Notes: a model not told the origin generated them from the letters alone. Positions 29,728 to 40,289 are shown, counted from the first letter of the stretch. The stretch is 64,000 bases of DNA from an uncultured delta proteobacterium (GCA_963841435.1 CAWJCS010000004.1:704001-768000); one strand, 5' to 3'. A program made the numbers and translations.

Positions 29728-30156
29728 CTACCTTCGCGGACCTTTCACGTGAACCTGCAGGCTTGGCGCTTCGGTGCGCGTCGCGTGCAGACCGATCATG
29801 AAGCTGCCGGGGACGCGGGGCTTTTGGTCGAAGGTCTTGCCGTCGAGGCTCACGCGGATGCCTCCTTCGCCGAAGCGCACGAAGCAGTGCTGGCGTGCGA
29901 CGAGCGTGAGCTCCGCGTCCTTTCGCTCGAGAACGAAGTCCTCCCCGTCGAACTGGAGGTCGACGGGCAGTCGATCGCCGGCCTGAAACTCGACCACGAG
30001 CGCGCGGTCGCCCTGGTAGGCGGAAAGGCCGCCGTGGCCGACGTCCGCATAGCGGACCACGTAGGGTGGTGGGCTCGCGGCACAGCCGAGGGCGCAGCAA
30101 GCGGCGCCGACGAGCAGGCCGGCGCGGCTCTGGAATCCGCGCACGAATTCGATCAT
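29728..30156 (-). CDS. Hypothetical lipoprotein
   Basis: Lipobox ALGC; GAGG SD. Confidence 0.65.
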   Translation of the reverse strand: MIEFVRGFQSRAGLLVGAACCALGCAASPPPYVVRYADVGHGGLSAYQGDRALVVEFQAGDRLPVDLQFDGEDFVLERKDAELTLVARQHCFVRFGEGGIRVSLDGKTFDQKPRVPGSFMIGLHATRTEAPSLQVHVKGPRR

Positions 30157-30284
30157 CGCTTTTTCCTCACGTTGGGGCGTCGGGGTCACGAGGACGAGTT
30201 GCCCCAGAATACCCGCGGAGTGAAGCGCCGTCTGCGCGGCGCGCGTGGAGGTTCGTCAACTTGCCGCACGAAGCGGGCCCGTGT

Positions 30285-31502
30285 ATGGCCGGGAGAAGGA
30301 CTTCCATCGCAAGCGACGTCATCATCGTTGGAGCGGGTCCCGGTGGTTCGAACGCCGCTCGCATCGCCCTCGATGGCGGTCTGTCCGTCGTTCAGATCGA
30401 CGCGCAGCGGTTTCCGCGCGTCAAGCCTTGCGCCGGCGGAGTGACACGCAAGGCCGAACGCGCGCTGGCGCTCGATCTGATGCCTTCCGTTCGCGCCAAG
30501 TCGAACACCATCGAGTTCAACGTCTGGAAGAAGCGCACGAACCGCTTCACCGATCAGGACACGCTGGTCTCGTTCGTGTGCCGCTCGGAGTTCGACAACG
30601 ACCTCGTGCGCCAGAACCGGGAGCGGGGTCGCTTCGAATTTTTCGACGGCGAGCGCGTCGAGCGCATCGCGTACGACGGTGTCTTTCGCGTCGAAACGTC
30701 GAAGCGCGTGCTCACGGGCAAGCAGCTCGTGGGTGCGGACGGCGCGTACAGCGTCGTCAACCGCAGGTTTGGCATCGCGCGCCCGCGCGCGCTCGCCACG
30801 GCGCTCGAGGTCAACATAGACCGCGGCCGGCTCACGGCGTGGGACGAGTCCGTGCCGTGCGTCAACTATGGCGCGGTCCCGCAGGGCTACGGCTGGATTT
30901 TCCCCAAGGACGACCACCTCTCGATCGGCCTTTACACGCTCGCGCCCAAGACGGACCGGCTGCGCGAGCGCCTCGTCGAGTACCTGGCGTCGAAAGGCGC
31001 GCTACCGAGCGGCAGGCCGCTCGACGGTCTCGAGGCGCACCGCATCCCCGTGGGCGGCTACCAGCTGAAGACCCCGCTTGCGCCCGTGTACTTGGTGGGC
31101 GACGCCGCGGGGCTTGCCGACGCGCTGACGGGTGAAGGTATCTACTACGCGCTCGAGAGCGGGCGCCTCGCGGGAGAGACGCTCTGCGCGGTCGCCGCGG
31201 GGCATGCTTCGCATCGAGCGTACTACTCGCGTCTCTGGCGCACGGTTCTCGCCGACACCGCACTCACGTACGCGCTCGCGATCCCCTTCACCAAGAACCC
31301 CGACTCGGCAATGCGGCTGCTCGAAATTCCGCTCGTCTGGCGGCCGCTCACCTACGGCTACTCGCGCGGGGCCACGTTCACGGGTTGCGTGCTCAGGGGG
31401 GCCGCCTATTTCGCGGCGTCGCTCGCGCGCACGACCCGGGAGCACGCGAGCTGGCGGGAAGCCGTACCCGTACCCTGCGAGGATCCAGACGTTGGAGACT
31501 GA
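30285..31502 (+). CDS. Geranylgeranyl reductase family flavoprotein
   Basis: VGAGPGG, FPRVKPCAGG, GADG, GYGWIFPK, VGDAAG..D.LTGEGIYYA. Confidence 0.9.
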   Translation: MAGRRTSIASDVIIVGAGPGGSNAARIALDGGLSVVQIDAQRFPRVKPCAGGVTRKAERALALDLMPSVRAKSNTIEFNVWKKRTNRFTDQDTLVSFVCRSEFDNDLVRQNRERGRFEFFDGERVERIAYDGVFRVETSKRVLTGKQLVGADGAYSVVNRRFGIARPRALATALEVNIDRGRLTAWDESVPCVNYGAVPQGYGWIFPKDDHLSIGLYTLAPKTDRLRERLVEYLASKGALPSGRPLDGLEAHRIPVGGYQLKTPLAPVYLVGDAAGLADALTGEGIYYALESGRLAGETLCAVAAGHASHRAYYSRLWRTVLADTALTYALAIPFTKNPDSAMRLLEIPLVWRPLTYGYSRGATFTGCVLRGAAYFAASLARTTREHASWREAVPVPCEDPDVGD

Positions 31503-33588
31503 CCTCCCGAGCCCGCGCCGCGTGATGGTTGCGACCGATCGCTCGGAGACGGCCGAGCGCGCGGTGCTCTGGGCCGCGAGCTTCGCCGAGCGTTCCGGCG
31601 CGGAGCTGCACGTGATCCAGGTGCTCGTCGTCGCGAGCACGAGCGCGCCGCCTTCCGACATCGACGAGCTCGTGAAGAGCGCGACCGAGGACATCGAGCG
31701 GCACGCTCGCGTGCTCGCCGGCCCGCGAGGCCACGGGCGGGTCATCCTCGCCGAGGACCCGGCGATCGCCATCGTGCGCGCCTCTGCGGAAGACGCCGTC
31801 AACGTGCTCGTGGTCGGCAACGCGGGCATGACGGACCGCAAGGAGTTCCTGCTCGGCAATGTTCCGAACCGCATCAGTCACAACGCGCGCTGCACGGTGG
31901 TGATCGTCAACACGCTCGGCATCGAAGGCATGGGCGTCTTCACGATCCCACCCGCCGAGCGAGCCTCCAGCGTGCCCGCGTCGCAAGCTGGCCGTCTGTC
32001 GCGCGGGCGGGCGATCGCCACCGTTTTCGCCAAACACGGGATCCGCGAGCTCCTCGGCGGGCCCGACGAGGAGGGCGCCACCGGCCGACGCCGCCAGGCA
32101 AAGCGACTGAAAAGCGCCCTTGCGGAGCTCGGGCCGACGTTCGCGAAGCTCGGCCAGCTGCTCTCCACGCGGCCGGACCTGATGCCCCCCGAGTTCATCG
32201 AGGAGCTTTCGGAGCTGCAGGACGCGGTGGGCCCGCTCACCGAGGCCGAAGTGGTGCGCGTGCTCGAGGAAGATCTCGGGGTGCCTTGGGAAGACGTGTT
32301 CGAGACCCTCGATCCCAAGCCGCTCGCCGCGGGCTCGGTCGCGCAGGTGCATCGCGCGACTCTCGCGACGGGCGAAAAGGTGGTGGTGAAGGTCCAGCGC
32401 CCCGGCGCCCGCCAGCAGATCCTGCAAGACCTGGCCCTGCTCCGGCTGTTCGTCGAACGGGTCGGCACGCGTCCGGGGGTCCGGCGCGTGATCGACATGC
32501 CGACGATCTTCGAGCACCTGTCGCGGTCACTCCAAGAGGAGCTGGACTTCAGGAGCGAGGCGAAGAACGCCGAACGCCTCGGCGCCACGCTGAGCCATTT
32601 CCCGCTCCTCGACGTGCCGCAGATCCATTCGAACGTGCTGACGGCGAGGGTGCTCGTGATGCAGGACGTGGCCGGGGTCCCTTGCACGGCCGTGCCGCCG
32701 GGCACGCTTCGCCGCGATCTCGCGCGCCAGCTCGTCGAATCGTTCTGCAATCAGATCCTCGTCGAAGGCTTCTTTCACGGTGATCCGCACCCGGGGAACG
32801 TCATGTGGCAGCCGATCGAAAGGCGCCTGTACTTCCTCGATCTCGGCCTCGTGGGTGAGGTCGGCCCGGACATGCGCGAGGCGATGGTCCTGATGCTGAT
32901 TGCCTTCTGGCAGAAGGACCCAGCGTTTCTCACGGACGTGCTCGTCACGCTGTCGGGCTCGGGGCGTATGGTGCCGGACATCGACGCGTTCACCAAGGAC
33001 ATCGACGAGTTCGTCACGAAGCATCGCGGCGGCTCCAAGAAGACCGTGGCCTTCGGCCCGGTGTTGCAGGAGCTCATGGCGATTTCGTACCGGCACGGCG
33101 TCGCGCTGCCGCCCGCGCTCAGCATGACGGCGAAGAGCCTCTCGCAGATGAACGCCATCACCTCCGAGCTCGATCCGGACATGGATACCTTCGAGGTCTC
33201 CGGACGCTTCCTCACGGCTTGGCTCCTGCGTCGCACCATCAAAGAGGCCGATCCGAAGCAGCTCGGCTACGAGCTTTCGAAGCTCCGGCTTCGCGTCATG
33301 CGGGTACTCGAATCGGTCGAGCGCGTCGTCGGTGCGCACCCCGGCGAGCGTTCGGCCTTGAGCTTTCGTGCCGTGACGCTCGAGAGCGCGCTGCGCGCCG
33401 CGAGTCGCCGCCTTTCGCTCGGGATGGCGGCCGGTTTCGCGCTGCTCGCGAGCGCCGTCACCGCGGCGGCCGAGCGCGTCGAGCCGTGGATTTCCATCGC
33501 GTTCGGCGCGACGGGCGGCGTGCTCATCGTCGCGCTGCTCATCGACGTCCTTCGCGACAAGCGGCAAAAGACGGAGAAAGCAGCATGA
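31492..33588 (+). CDS. Universal stress protein (USP) domain fused to ABC1/UbiB atypical kinase
   Basis: VATDRS, VVGNAGM, LLGNVPNRISH; then LGPTFAKLGQLLSTRPD, VKVQRP, HGDPHPGN, DLG, C-terminal TMs; TTG start inferred. Confidence 0.87.
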   Translation: METDLPSPRRVMVATDRSETAERAVLWAASFAERSGAELHVIQVLVVASTSAPPSDIDELVKSATEDIERHARVLAGPRGHGRVILAEDPAIAIVRASAEDAVNVLVVGNAGMTDRKEFLLGNVPNRISHNARCTVVIVNTLGIEGMGVFTIPPAERASSVPASQAGRLSRGRAIATVFAKHGIRELLGGPDEEGATGRRRQAKRLKSALAELGPTFAKLGQLLSTRPDLMPPEFIEELSELQDAVGPLTEAEVVRVLEEDLGVPWEDVFETLDPKPLAAGSVAQVHRATLATGEKVVVKVQRPGARQQILQDLALLRLFVERVGTRPGVRRVIDMPTIFEHLSRSLQEELDFRSEAKNAERLGATLSHFPLLDVPQIHSNVLTARVLVMQDVAGVPCTAVPPGTLRRDLARQLVESFCNQILVEGFFHGDPHPGNVMWQPIERRLYFLDLGLVGEVGPDMREAMVLMLIAFWQKDPAFLTDVLVTLSGSGRMVPDIDAFTKDIDEFVTKHRGGSKKTVAFGPVLQELMAISYRHGVALPPALSMTAKSLSQMNAITSELDPDMDTFEVSGRFLTAWLLRRTIKEADPKQLGYELSKLRLRVMRVLESVERVVGAHPGERSALSFRAVTLESALRAASRRLSLGMAAGFALLASAVTAAAERVEPWISIAFGATGGVLIVALLIDVLRDKRQKTEKAA

Positions 33589-35369
33589 CCCAGGTGATCG
33601 TGATCGGGGGTGGCATCGGCGGGTTGACCGTGGCGCACGAGCTTTCGGAGCGCGGCATGCAGGTCCACGTGTTCGAGTCGCGTGCGGCCTGGGGTGGCAA
33701 GGCGCGCACGCAGCCCGTCGCCGGAACGGGAACGGGCGGTCGCCGCGACCTGCCGGGCGAGCACGGGTTCCGCTTCTACCCGCGCTTTTATCGCCACGTC
33801 ATCGACATGATGGCGCGCACGCCGACGGGCGACGGGCCCTCCGCGACGGTGGAGAGTCGCCTCCGACCCGTCACAGAGGCCGGCGTCGCGCTCGTCAACG
33901 GCAGGAAGATGTCGCGCTTTCAACGTCGCGGCACGATGCGCCCCGCCGAGATCGTCGAAGGGGCCGAGACGATGTTTCGCGAGTTCGGCCTCGACCCCGC
34001 GGACGCGGGCCTGTTCGGCCTCAAGGTGCTCCAGTTCTTGACCTCCTCCGAGGAGCGGCGCCTCGGCCAGTACGACGCCGTGTCGTGGTGGGATTACCTC
34101 GGTGCCAACGGCTACTCGGAGCGCGCCAAGGCCCGCGCCGATGGCATCCCGCGCATGCTGGTGGCGATGGATGCCCGCCTCGGCAACGCACGCACCATCG
34201 GTGGCACGTCCATGCAGCTCTTGCTCGACTACACGACATCGGGGCAGTCCGTCGACCGCACCATGGGCGGGCCCACGAGCGAGATGTGGATCGACCCGTG
34301 GATCGAGCACCTGGAAAAGCTCGGCGTCACGTTGCACCCCGGAGAGACCTGCACGGGGCTCGACGTGAGGGGGGGGCGCATCGACGGCGCACGCTTCGCG
34401 AGCGGCCGCGTGGCAAAAGGGGACCACTACGTGATCGCCGTGCCCGTCGAGGTCGCGCAGACGCTCATGTCGGACGAGCTCGCCGCGCTCGACCCGCAGT
34501 GCGAAAGACTCCGGAGCGCGAACGTCGACGAGCTACTCTCCTGGATGGTCGGCATCCAGTTCTATCTCTACGAGGACGTGCCGCTCGCGCGCGGCCACCT
34601 CGTCTTCCCCGATGCACCCTGGGCGCTCACGGCCATCTCCCAGCCGCAGTTCTGGACCGACACGGTGGGTCGCTTTCGCCGCCACTACGGCGACGGCGAG
34701 GTCGGAGGCTTGCTCTCCGTCGATATCTCGCAGTGGGACCGCCCCGGCACCTTCGTCCAGAAGGAGGCCAAGGACTGCACGAAGGAGGAGATCAAAAAGG
34801 AGGTGTGGGAACAGCTCAAGGCGGCCGTCAACGGCGAGAGCCGCGACGACCACGTGCTCACTGACGACCTGCTTCACTCGTGGCACATCGACGACGATCT
34901 CGACTATTCGGCGGGGCTTCCCCCCGTGAACTCCTCACGCCTCTTGATTCATCCGCCGGGCTCCTGGGCGCTCCGGCCGGAAGCGGCGAGCGCGATCCCC
35001 AACCTGTGCTTTGCCTCCGACTACGTGCGTACGCATACCGACATCGCTTCCATGGAGGGCGCCTGCGAGGCAGGCCGGCGCGCAGCGAATGCCATCCTCG
35101 ATCGAGAGCGGTCCGACGCTGCGCGTGTGGCGATCTGGTCGCTCGAGGAGCCGCCCGAGTTCGACGCCTGGAAGAAGCTCGATGCGGATCTGTACCGTCA
35201 GGCACGCCCGCATTTCTTCGAGACCTTCGGCATCCGCCGGGCCTTCGAGGCCGCAGAGCTCATGCGCCGTTTTGCCTCGCTCGTCTCCCTCGGCAAGCTC
35301 GACGAAATCATGAGGCAGTTCAAGCTCGTGAACGTCGTCGGCGGTCTGCTCGGCCGCTTCAAGCCCTGA
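33585..35369 (+). CDS. FAD-dependent oxidoreductase, carotenoid desaturase/HpnE-like
   Basis: GGGIGGL..AHEL, GGKART, GEHGFRFYP, ASDYV, SMEGA.EAGRRAA; ATGA overlap. Confidence 0.82.
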   Translation: MTQVIVIGGGIGGLTVAHELSERGMQVHVFESRAAWGGKARTQPVAGTGTGGRRDLPGEHGFRFYPRFYRHVIDMMARTPTGDGPSATVESRLRPVTEAGVALVNGRKMSRFQRRGTMRPAEIVEGAETMFREFGLDPADAGLFGLKVLQFLTSSEERRLGQYDAVSWWDYLGANGYSERAKARADGIPRMLVAMDARLGNARTIGGTSMQLLLDYTTSGQSVDRTMGGPTSEMWIDPWIEHLEKLGVTLHPGETCTGLDVRGGRIDGARFASGRVAKGDHYVIAVPVEVAQTLMSDELAALDPQCERLRSANVDELLSWMVGIQFYLYEDVPLARGHLVFPDAPWALTAISQPQFWTDTVGRFRRHYGDGEVGGLLSVDISQWDRPGTFVQKEAKDCTKEEIKKEVWEQLKAAVNGESRDDHVLTDDLLHSWHIDDDLDYSAGLPPVNSSRLLIHPPGSWALRPEAASAIPNLCFASDYVRTHTDIASMEGACEAGRRAANAILDRERSDAARVAIWSLEEPPEFDAWKKLDADLYRQARPHFFETFGIRRAFEAAELMRRFASLVSLGKLDEIMRQFKLVNVVGGLLGRFKP

Positions 35370-35427
35370 GAAAAAGGCCCTCGCGCGAGCTTGGGACCGA
35401 CCGGAGAGCGGGTGTACCCTCTCGGCG

Positions 35428-36543
35428 ATGCTGCCGCCCGGAGCCCACGAAGCGAGCCCGTCGCCCGACGACGAGGATTTCGAGGCGGCCCCGCTTTCCA
35501 TTCCGCCGCTCTCGATGGGCGAGCGGCCCGCCCATCGGTTGACGGGCACGCGGCTGAGCTCTCGCCCGCCGCCCGCGGAGCGAAAAGTGCTCGAGGCCGT
35601 CACGGAGCTGCTCCTCGTGGCGGGCCACGTCAACGGCGAGCTCTGCCGCCGCGAGCGCCGCGCGGTGCGGCGCATTCTCGGGCGGCTCTGCGGGCGTGAG
35701 GAGCCTCCGAGCTGGCTCGAGGACAAGCTCGAGCACTTCGACCCGGCGAGCTTCGACGCCGTTCGAGTGACGAACCTCCTCTGCGGCCTGCACCCGGAGG
35801 AGCGTCGTCACGTGCTCGAGCTCGTACGCGAGGTGTGCGACGCGGACAACGCCTTCGACCTCGAGGAAGAGCGCTACCTCGTCGGCCTGGTGCTCGCGCT
35901 CGCGCTCGAGCCGTCCGCCGCCTCGGACCTCGTCGTGCACGAGGCGCGCGGGTACGCCGCCTGGCGCAAGCGCGCGTTCAACGTCGTGTTCTCGACCTTA
36001 TTCCTCGCGACGACGTGGCCACTTTTCATCGCCATCGGAGCCCTCGTCAGGCTCGAGTCACCGGGGCCGGCGCTGTTTCGCCAGGCTCGCTACGGCAAGG
36101 ACGGGAAAGTCATCAACGTGCTGAAGTTTCGCACGATGAGCGTCATGGAAGACGGCGACGACGTGAAGCAGGCCACGCGCTGCGATCCGCGTATCACGCG
36201 GCTCGGAGCGTTCCTGCGGCGTACGTCGCTCGACGAGCTGCCGCAGTTCGTCAACGTGCTCCGCGGCGACATGTCCGTCGTGGGCCCGCGTCCGCACGCC
36301 GTGGCCCACAACCGGCATTACCGCAAGCAGATCCTCGAATACATGCTGCGGCACAAGGTCAAGCCGGGCATCACGGGCTGGGCCCAGGTAAACGGCTGGC
36401 GTGGCGAGACCGACACGCTCGACAAGATGATCGGCCGCGTCTCGCACGACCTCGAGTACATTCGTCGGCAAAGCTTGCGCTTCGACATCGAGATCGTGCT
36501 TCGCACGGTGCTCGGTCCTAGCGCGCGCGGCAACGCGTACTGA
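35428..36543 (+). CDS. TerB-like domain fused to a bacterial sugar (phosphoglycosyl) transferase
   Basis: AGHVNG...E and DADNAFDLEEERYL (TerB-like); KFRTM, DPRIT..G.FLRRTSLDELPQ, VGPRP, KPGITGWAQ; start uncertain. Confidence 0.82.
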   Translation: MLPPGAHEASPSPDDEDFEAAPLSIPPLSMGERPAHRLTGTRLSSRPPPAERKVLEAVTELLLVAGHVNGELCRRERRAVRRILGRLCGREEPPSWLEDKLEHFDPASFDAVRVTNLLCGLHPEERRHVLELVREVCDADNAFDLEEERYLVGLVLALALEPSAASDLVVHEARGYAAWRKRAFNVVFSTLFLATTWPLFIAIGALVRLESPGPALFRQARYGKDGKVINVLKFRTMSVMEDGDDVKQATRCDPRITRLGAFLRRTSLDELPQFVNVLRGDMSVVGPRPHAVAHNRHYRKQILEYMLRHKVKPGITGWAQVNGWRGETDTLDKMIGRVSHDLEYIRRQSLRFDIEIVLRTVLGPSARGNAY

Positions 36544-36614
36544 CGGTCCCACCGCGGGGGCGCGGCGAAGGCTCGGGGGGGGCGCACGCTTCGACCCACG
36601 CGAGGCCGCGGAGG

Positions 36615-38543
36615 TCAGGGCTCGAACGTTCCGGAGCCCGGCACGTTCGTCTCGTGGTGCCAGTCCGGCTGCCAAAAGAGCGCAGCATTCGGGCCGCCGG
36701 GCTCGTCGGAGTCTCGAATGGCGATGTTGAAGCGAAGCGCACCGAAGTGGCCGCTCGGGCGGAGCGCATCGAGCACGCGGCGCGGCAAGACGACCTCGGC
36801 CGAATAGCCCCTGGCGTTGGGCACGCACGCGACGACGACGCCCTCGGGTATTTTCTCGGGCTCCCAGACGGACATCGCCGCGCGCGTGGGCGCGGGGCTG
36901 AAGCCGAGATAGGCGTAGGTCTTCCAGGCTGCGCCGTAGTCACGTCGGTTCTCGGCGCGCGCCGGGTCGTCGCGAGGATCCACGCTGATCTCGATGCCGT
37001 CCTGCTCCCACGGGCGGTGGCTCGCGTCGGCGACGACGCGGTCGTCGAGGACGTCGACGGCGACGTACACGTTTTGCTCGTCGTGGGCGACCTCGAAGGC
37101 GTAGCGGGCGTCGCCGGGCCCCGTGTAGGAGGCATCGGCGATGAGCTCGCCGGGCTTCACCACGTCGATGGCAAGCTTGCCCCACTCGTCGAGGCGGCCG
37201 TCGGGCGTGACCGGTCGTGTGCGGCGGCGGAGCGCGAAGCGCGGCGCCACCACGAAAGAGGAATGATCGGACAGGACGATGGGCCGTGTCGGATCGGACT
37301 GGAACGTCGCCGTCCAGTCGAAGGGCAGGGGCGGCACGCTGTTAACGGGGAACGGGTGAGAGACCCGGATCTCGATGGGCAGGCTCTTCTTTTCGCCGGG
37401 AGCGAGCGAAAGCTCGACGGCGTGAGGGAGGGGCTCGACGCCCGAGCTCGGTCCGAAGCGGGCGCTGAGCAACACGGCGCTCGGTGTCGCATTCTCCACG
37501 CTGAAGAGCGTGCGTCCGCCCCTGTAGCGCTTCCCGGCGAGGTACTGATTGGCGAGGCGCACGGAAAACCCGCGCTCGTGCGCCTCGACCACCGCGCTCG
37601 ATTCGGGCGTGCGCACGTCCTCGCCGAGGATGCCGTCGAGAAGGAGGTTGGCGATACGCGGCCCCTGCTTGGTCATCGTGACCCAAGCCACGTGGTCGAA
37701 CTCGCCGAACAGCGGGCCTCGAAGCCGGCTCGCTCCACCCGTCGTCGCGAGGATGAAGTAGCGCCGCGAGTTGCGCGTGTACTTTTCGTAGTTGTGGAAA
37801 TGCCCGGCGAACACCGTGTACGGCCGCCCGGCGAGCTTCTTTTCGAGGTGCTCGAAGGCGGCGCGTCCCGGCCGCCCCTCGTAGCCGGCCCACAGCGGTC
37901 GGTGCATGAAGAGCAACGTCCAGCGCACGTTCGGATGCTCGGCGAGCGCGCGCTCGAAGTATGCGAGCTGGGCGTCGCCGAGCTGCGCCTCGCCGCCGTC
38001 CTCGGTGTTCAAGCACAAGAAGAGCACGCCCTTGTAGACGAAATGGTAGTAGGCGGGCCCGAAGCGCTCGCTCCAGGCGCGCGCCATCACCGGATTCGAG
38101 ATGTCGTGGTTGCCGGGCACGTAGTAAAAGCGCGTGCCGAACCCGCTGACGAATCGCTGAAATTCCTCCCATTCGGCGACGATCTCCGTGGGGTTCTCGG
38201 AGTAGCCCTCGATGAGATCGCCCACGCTCATCACGAGCTCGGGCCGCATGAGGCGGGTCTTCTCGACGCCCTTCTCGAAGACGCCGTCGCGGTGGCCGCC
38301 CGTTCGATCCGTGACGATCGCGAAGCGGAACGTCGCAGGGTCGTCGTCGATGTCTGCGGGGCTCCAAGGTGATGGCCGGGGCTCGCCGGCGGCTGCTTTC
38401 GCGGCCGGCGCCGCGTGCGCTTCGCTCGACGCGGGCTGGCCGCTCGCGGGGTGCAACGGAGCCCGTGGCGCCGGCGCGCAGCTCGCCGAAAGAGCAATGC
38501 TCAGAGCCAACGAGCCCGGCAGCGCGCGGATGCCCCTGGCCAT
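36615..38543 (-). CDS. Lipoprotein metallophosphoesterase with C-terminal CBM9/DOMON-like domain
   Basis: TDRTGG, VGDLIEGY, PGNHD, MH.P, AGHFH; DGRLDEW, YVAVDVLDD, WEQDGIEI. Confidence 0.8.
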   Translation of the reverse strand: MARGIRALPGSLALSIALSASCAPAPRAPLHPASGQPASSEAHAAPAAKAAAGEPRPSPWSPADIDDDPATFRFAIVTDRTGGHRDGVFEKGVEKTRLMRPELVMSVGDLIEGYSENPTEIVAEWEEFQRFVSGFGTRFYYVPGNHDISNPVMARAWSERFGPAYYHFVYKGVLFLCLNTEDGGEAQLGDAQLAYFERALAEHPNVRWTLLFMHRPLWAGYEGRPGRAAFEHLEKKLAGRPYTVFAGHFHNYEKYTRNSRRYFILATTGGASRLRGPLFGEFDHVAWVTMTKQGPRIANLLLDGILGEDVRTPESSAVVEAHERGFSVRLANQYLAGKRYRGGRTLFSVENATPSAVLLSARFGPSSGVEPLPHAVELSLAPGEKKSLPIEIRVSHPFPVNSVPPLPFDWTATFQSDPTRPIVLSDHSSFVVAPRFALRRRTRPVTPDGRLDEWGKLAIDVVKPGELIADASYTGPGDARYAFEVAHDEQNVYVAVDVLDDRVVADASHRPWEQDGIEISVDPRDDPARAENRRDYGAAWKTYAYLGFSPAPTRAAMSVWEPEKIPEGVVVACVPNARGYSAEVVLPRRVLDALRPSGHFGALRFNIAIRDSDEPGGPNAALFWQPDWHHETNVPGSGTFEP

Positions 38544-38670
38544 CGACCCTTCATGCCCGCTTCCGTCGCGAGCGTCGAGGGGTCGCCTTGACGCGCTCCG
38601 TGCCTTCCTCGAAGGTGCGAAAACCTCGATGAAGACGACCGGCCCTGGTTCGCTCGGGGTCTGGCCCGCC

Positions 38671-39480
38671 ATGCGGGGCGGAGCCGCCTGGTTCTCGGTC
38701 GCCTGCCTCGCGCTCGTGGCGCTCTGCCTCGCCGGCTGCCACGCCGATGCCGAGGCCGAGCGGCCGGAAAGCGAGCTCGTCGTGTTCGCGGCGGCGTCCC
38801 TCGAGAGCGCGTTTCGCATCCTCGGACAGCGCTTCGAGAAGGCGCACGCCGGCGTGCACGTCAGGATGAGCTTCGCCGGAACGCAGACGCTCCGCGTCCA
38901 GCTCGAGCACGGCGCACCCACCGACGTGTTCGCTTCCGCGGACCGCGTGCACATGCAGGCGCTCTTCTGGGGCCACCGCGTGGAGAGGCCCGTGCTGTTC
39001 GCCGAGAACGAGCCCGTGCTCGTGGTGGCGCCCGACCGGTCCTCGACCCTCAACGCTCTTTCAGCGCTGCCGCGTGCGGATCGCATCGCGCTCGGTGCTG
39101 CCAACGTGCCGATCGGCCGCTACTCTTTGGAGATCCTCGACCGCGCAACGGTGCTCTACGGTGCCGACTTTCGGTCGCGCGTCGAGGCGAAGATCGTCTC
39201 GCGCGAGCTCAGCGTACGACAGGTGCTCGCCAAGGTGACGCTGGGCGAGGCCGACGCCGCGATCGTTTATCTAACCGACGCGCGGAGCGCGCAGGGAAAG
39301 GTCACGGTCGTCCCGCTTCCGAGGAGCATCAATCTCACGGTGCAATATCCCGTCGCCATGGTGACCGGCGCGGCCCACCCTCGGCTCGCCCAGAGCTTCA
39401 TCGAGCTTTTGCTGTCGCGGGAGGGCAGGGCGGTGCTCGCCGAGGCCGGCTTCCGCGAGCCCGCGGTGGGCGCGCCGTGA
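38671..39480 (+). CDS. modA: Molybdate ABC transporter substrate-binding lipoprotein
   Basis: Lipobox LAGC, VFAAASL, DVFASAD, VPIGRY, GEADAAIVY.TD. Confidence 0.9.
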   Translation: MRGGAAWFSVACLALVALCLAGCHADAEAERPESELVVFAAASLESAFRILGQRFEKAHAGVHVRMSFAGTQTLRVQLEHGAPTDVFASADRVHMQALFWGHRVERPVLFAENEPVLVVAPDRSSTLNALSALPRADRIALGAANVPIGRYSLEILDRATVLYGADFRSRVEAKIVSRELSVRQVLAKVTLGEADAAIVYLTDARSAQGKVTVVPLPRSINLTVQYPVAMVTGAAHPRLAQSFIELLLSREGRAVLAEAGFREPAVGAP

Positions 39481-40289
39481 GCGCCGACCGGCTCGGCGCC
39501 CAGCGGCTCCTCATCGCCGGCATCGGGGCCGTTCTGGGGGCGTTTCTCGTCGTGCCGCTCTTGTCGCTCGGCATCGGGGAGCGCGGGGCCTCGCTTGCGC
39601 TCGGGCTGTCGCACCCACTCGTGTGGCCTGCCCTGCGGCTCAGTCTCGTCACGACGACGCTCAGCCTGATCGTCGTCGTCGGGTTCGGCACACCGCTCGC
39701 CTGGACGCTCGTGCGCACCGAGGGGCGCGTCGCGCGCGCGCTCGAAACGCTCGTGCAGCTGCCCATCGTCATCCCACCTGCGGTCGCCGGCGTGGCGCTC
39801 CTGCTCGCCTTCGGCAGGCACGGCCTGCTCGCCGGGGTCCTCTACCCGCGCGGTACCTCGCTCGCGTTCACGACGGCGGCCGTCGTCATGGCCGAGGTGT
39901 TCGTCTCCGCGCCGCTCTTTCTGCAGACGCTGCTCAGCGCCTTCCGGCGCGTGGACCCGCGGCTTTTGCTCGTGGCGCGGAGCTTCGGGGCGTCGCCGCT
40001 CAGAGTGCTGTTTCGCGTGGCGCTGCCGCTCGCGGCGCCCGGCCTGCTCGCGGGCGCGGCGCTCGGCTGGGCTCGCTCGCTCGGCGAGTTCGGCGCCACG
40101 CTGCTTTTCGCAGGGAACCTCGAGGGTGCCACGCAGACGCTGCCGCTCGCGGTGTACACGGCGATGGAGTCCGACCTCGACGCCGCGCGCTCGCTCTCGA
40201 TCGTGCTCGTCGCCGTCGCGCTCGTCGTGTTGTTCGTGGCGCGGACGGCGCTCGCGCGGTCGCAGACGGAAGCGGAGGGCGGCGCGTGA
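39477..40289 (+). CDS. modB: Molybdate ABC transporter permease
   Basis: LPIVIPPAVAG.ALL, WARSLGEFGAT..FAGN, TQTLPLAVY. Confidence 0.92.
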   Translation: MSADRLGAQRLLIAGIGAVLGAFLVVPLLSLGIGERGASLALGLSHPLVWPALRLSLVTTTLSLIVVVGFGTPLAWTLVRTEGRVARALETLVQLPIVIPPAVAGVALLLAFGRHGLLAGVLYPRGTSLAFTTAAVVMAEVFVSAPLFLQTLLSAFRRVDPRLLLVARSFGASPLRVLFRVALPLAAPGLLAGAALGWARSLGEFGATLLFAGNLEGATQTLPLAVYTAMESDLDAARSLSIVLVAVALVVLFVARTALARSQTEAEGGA

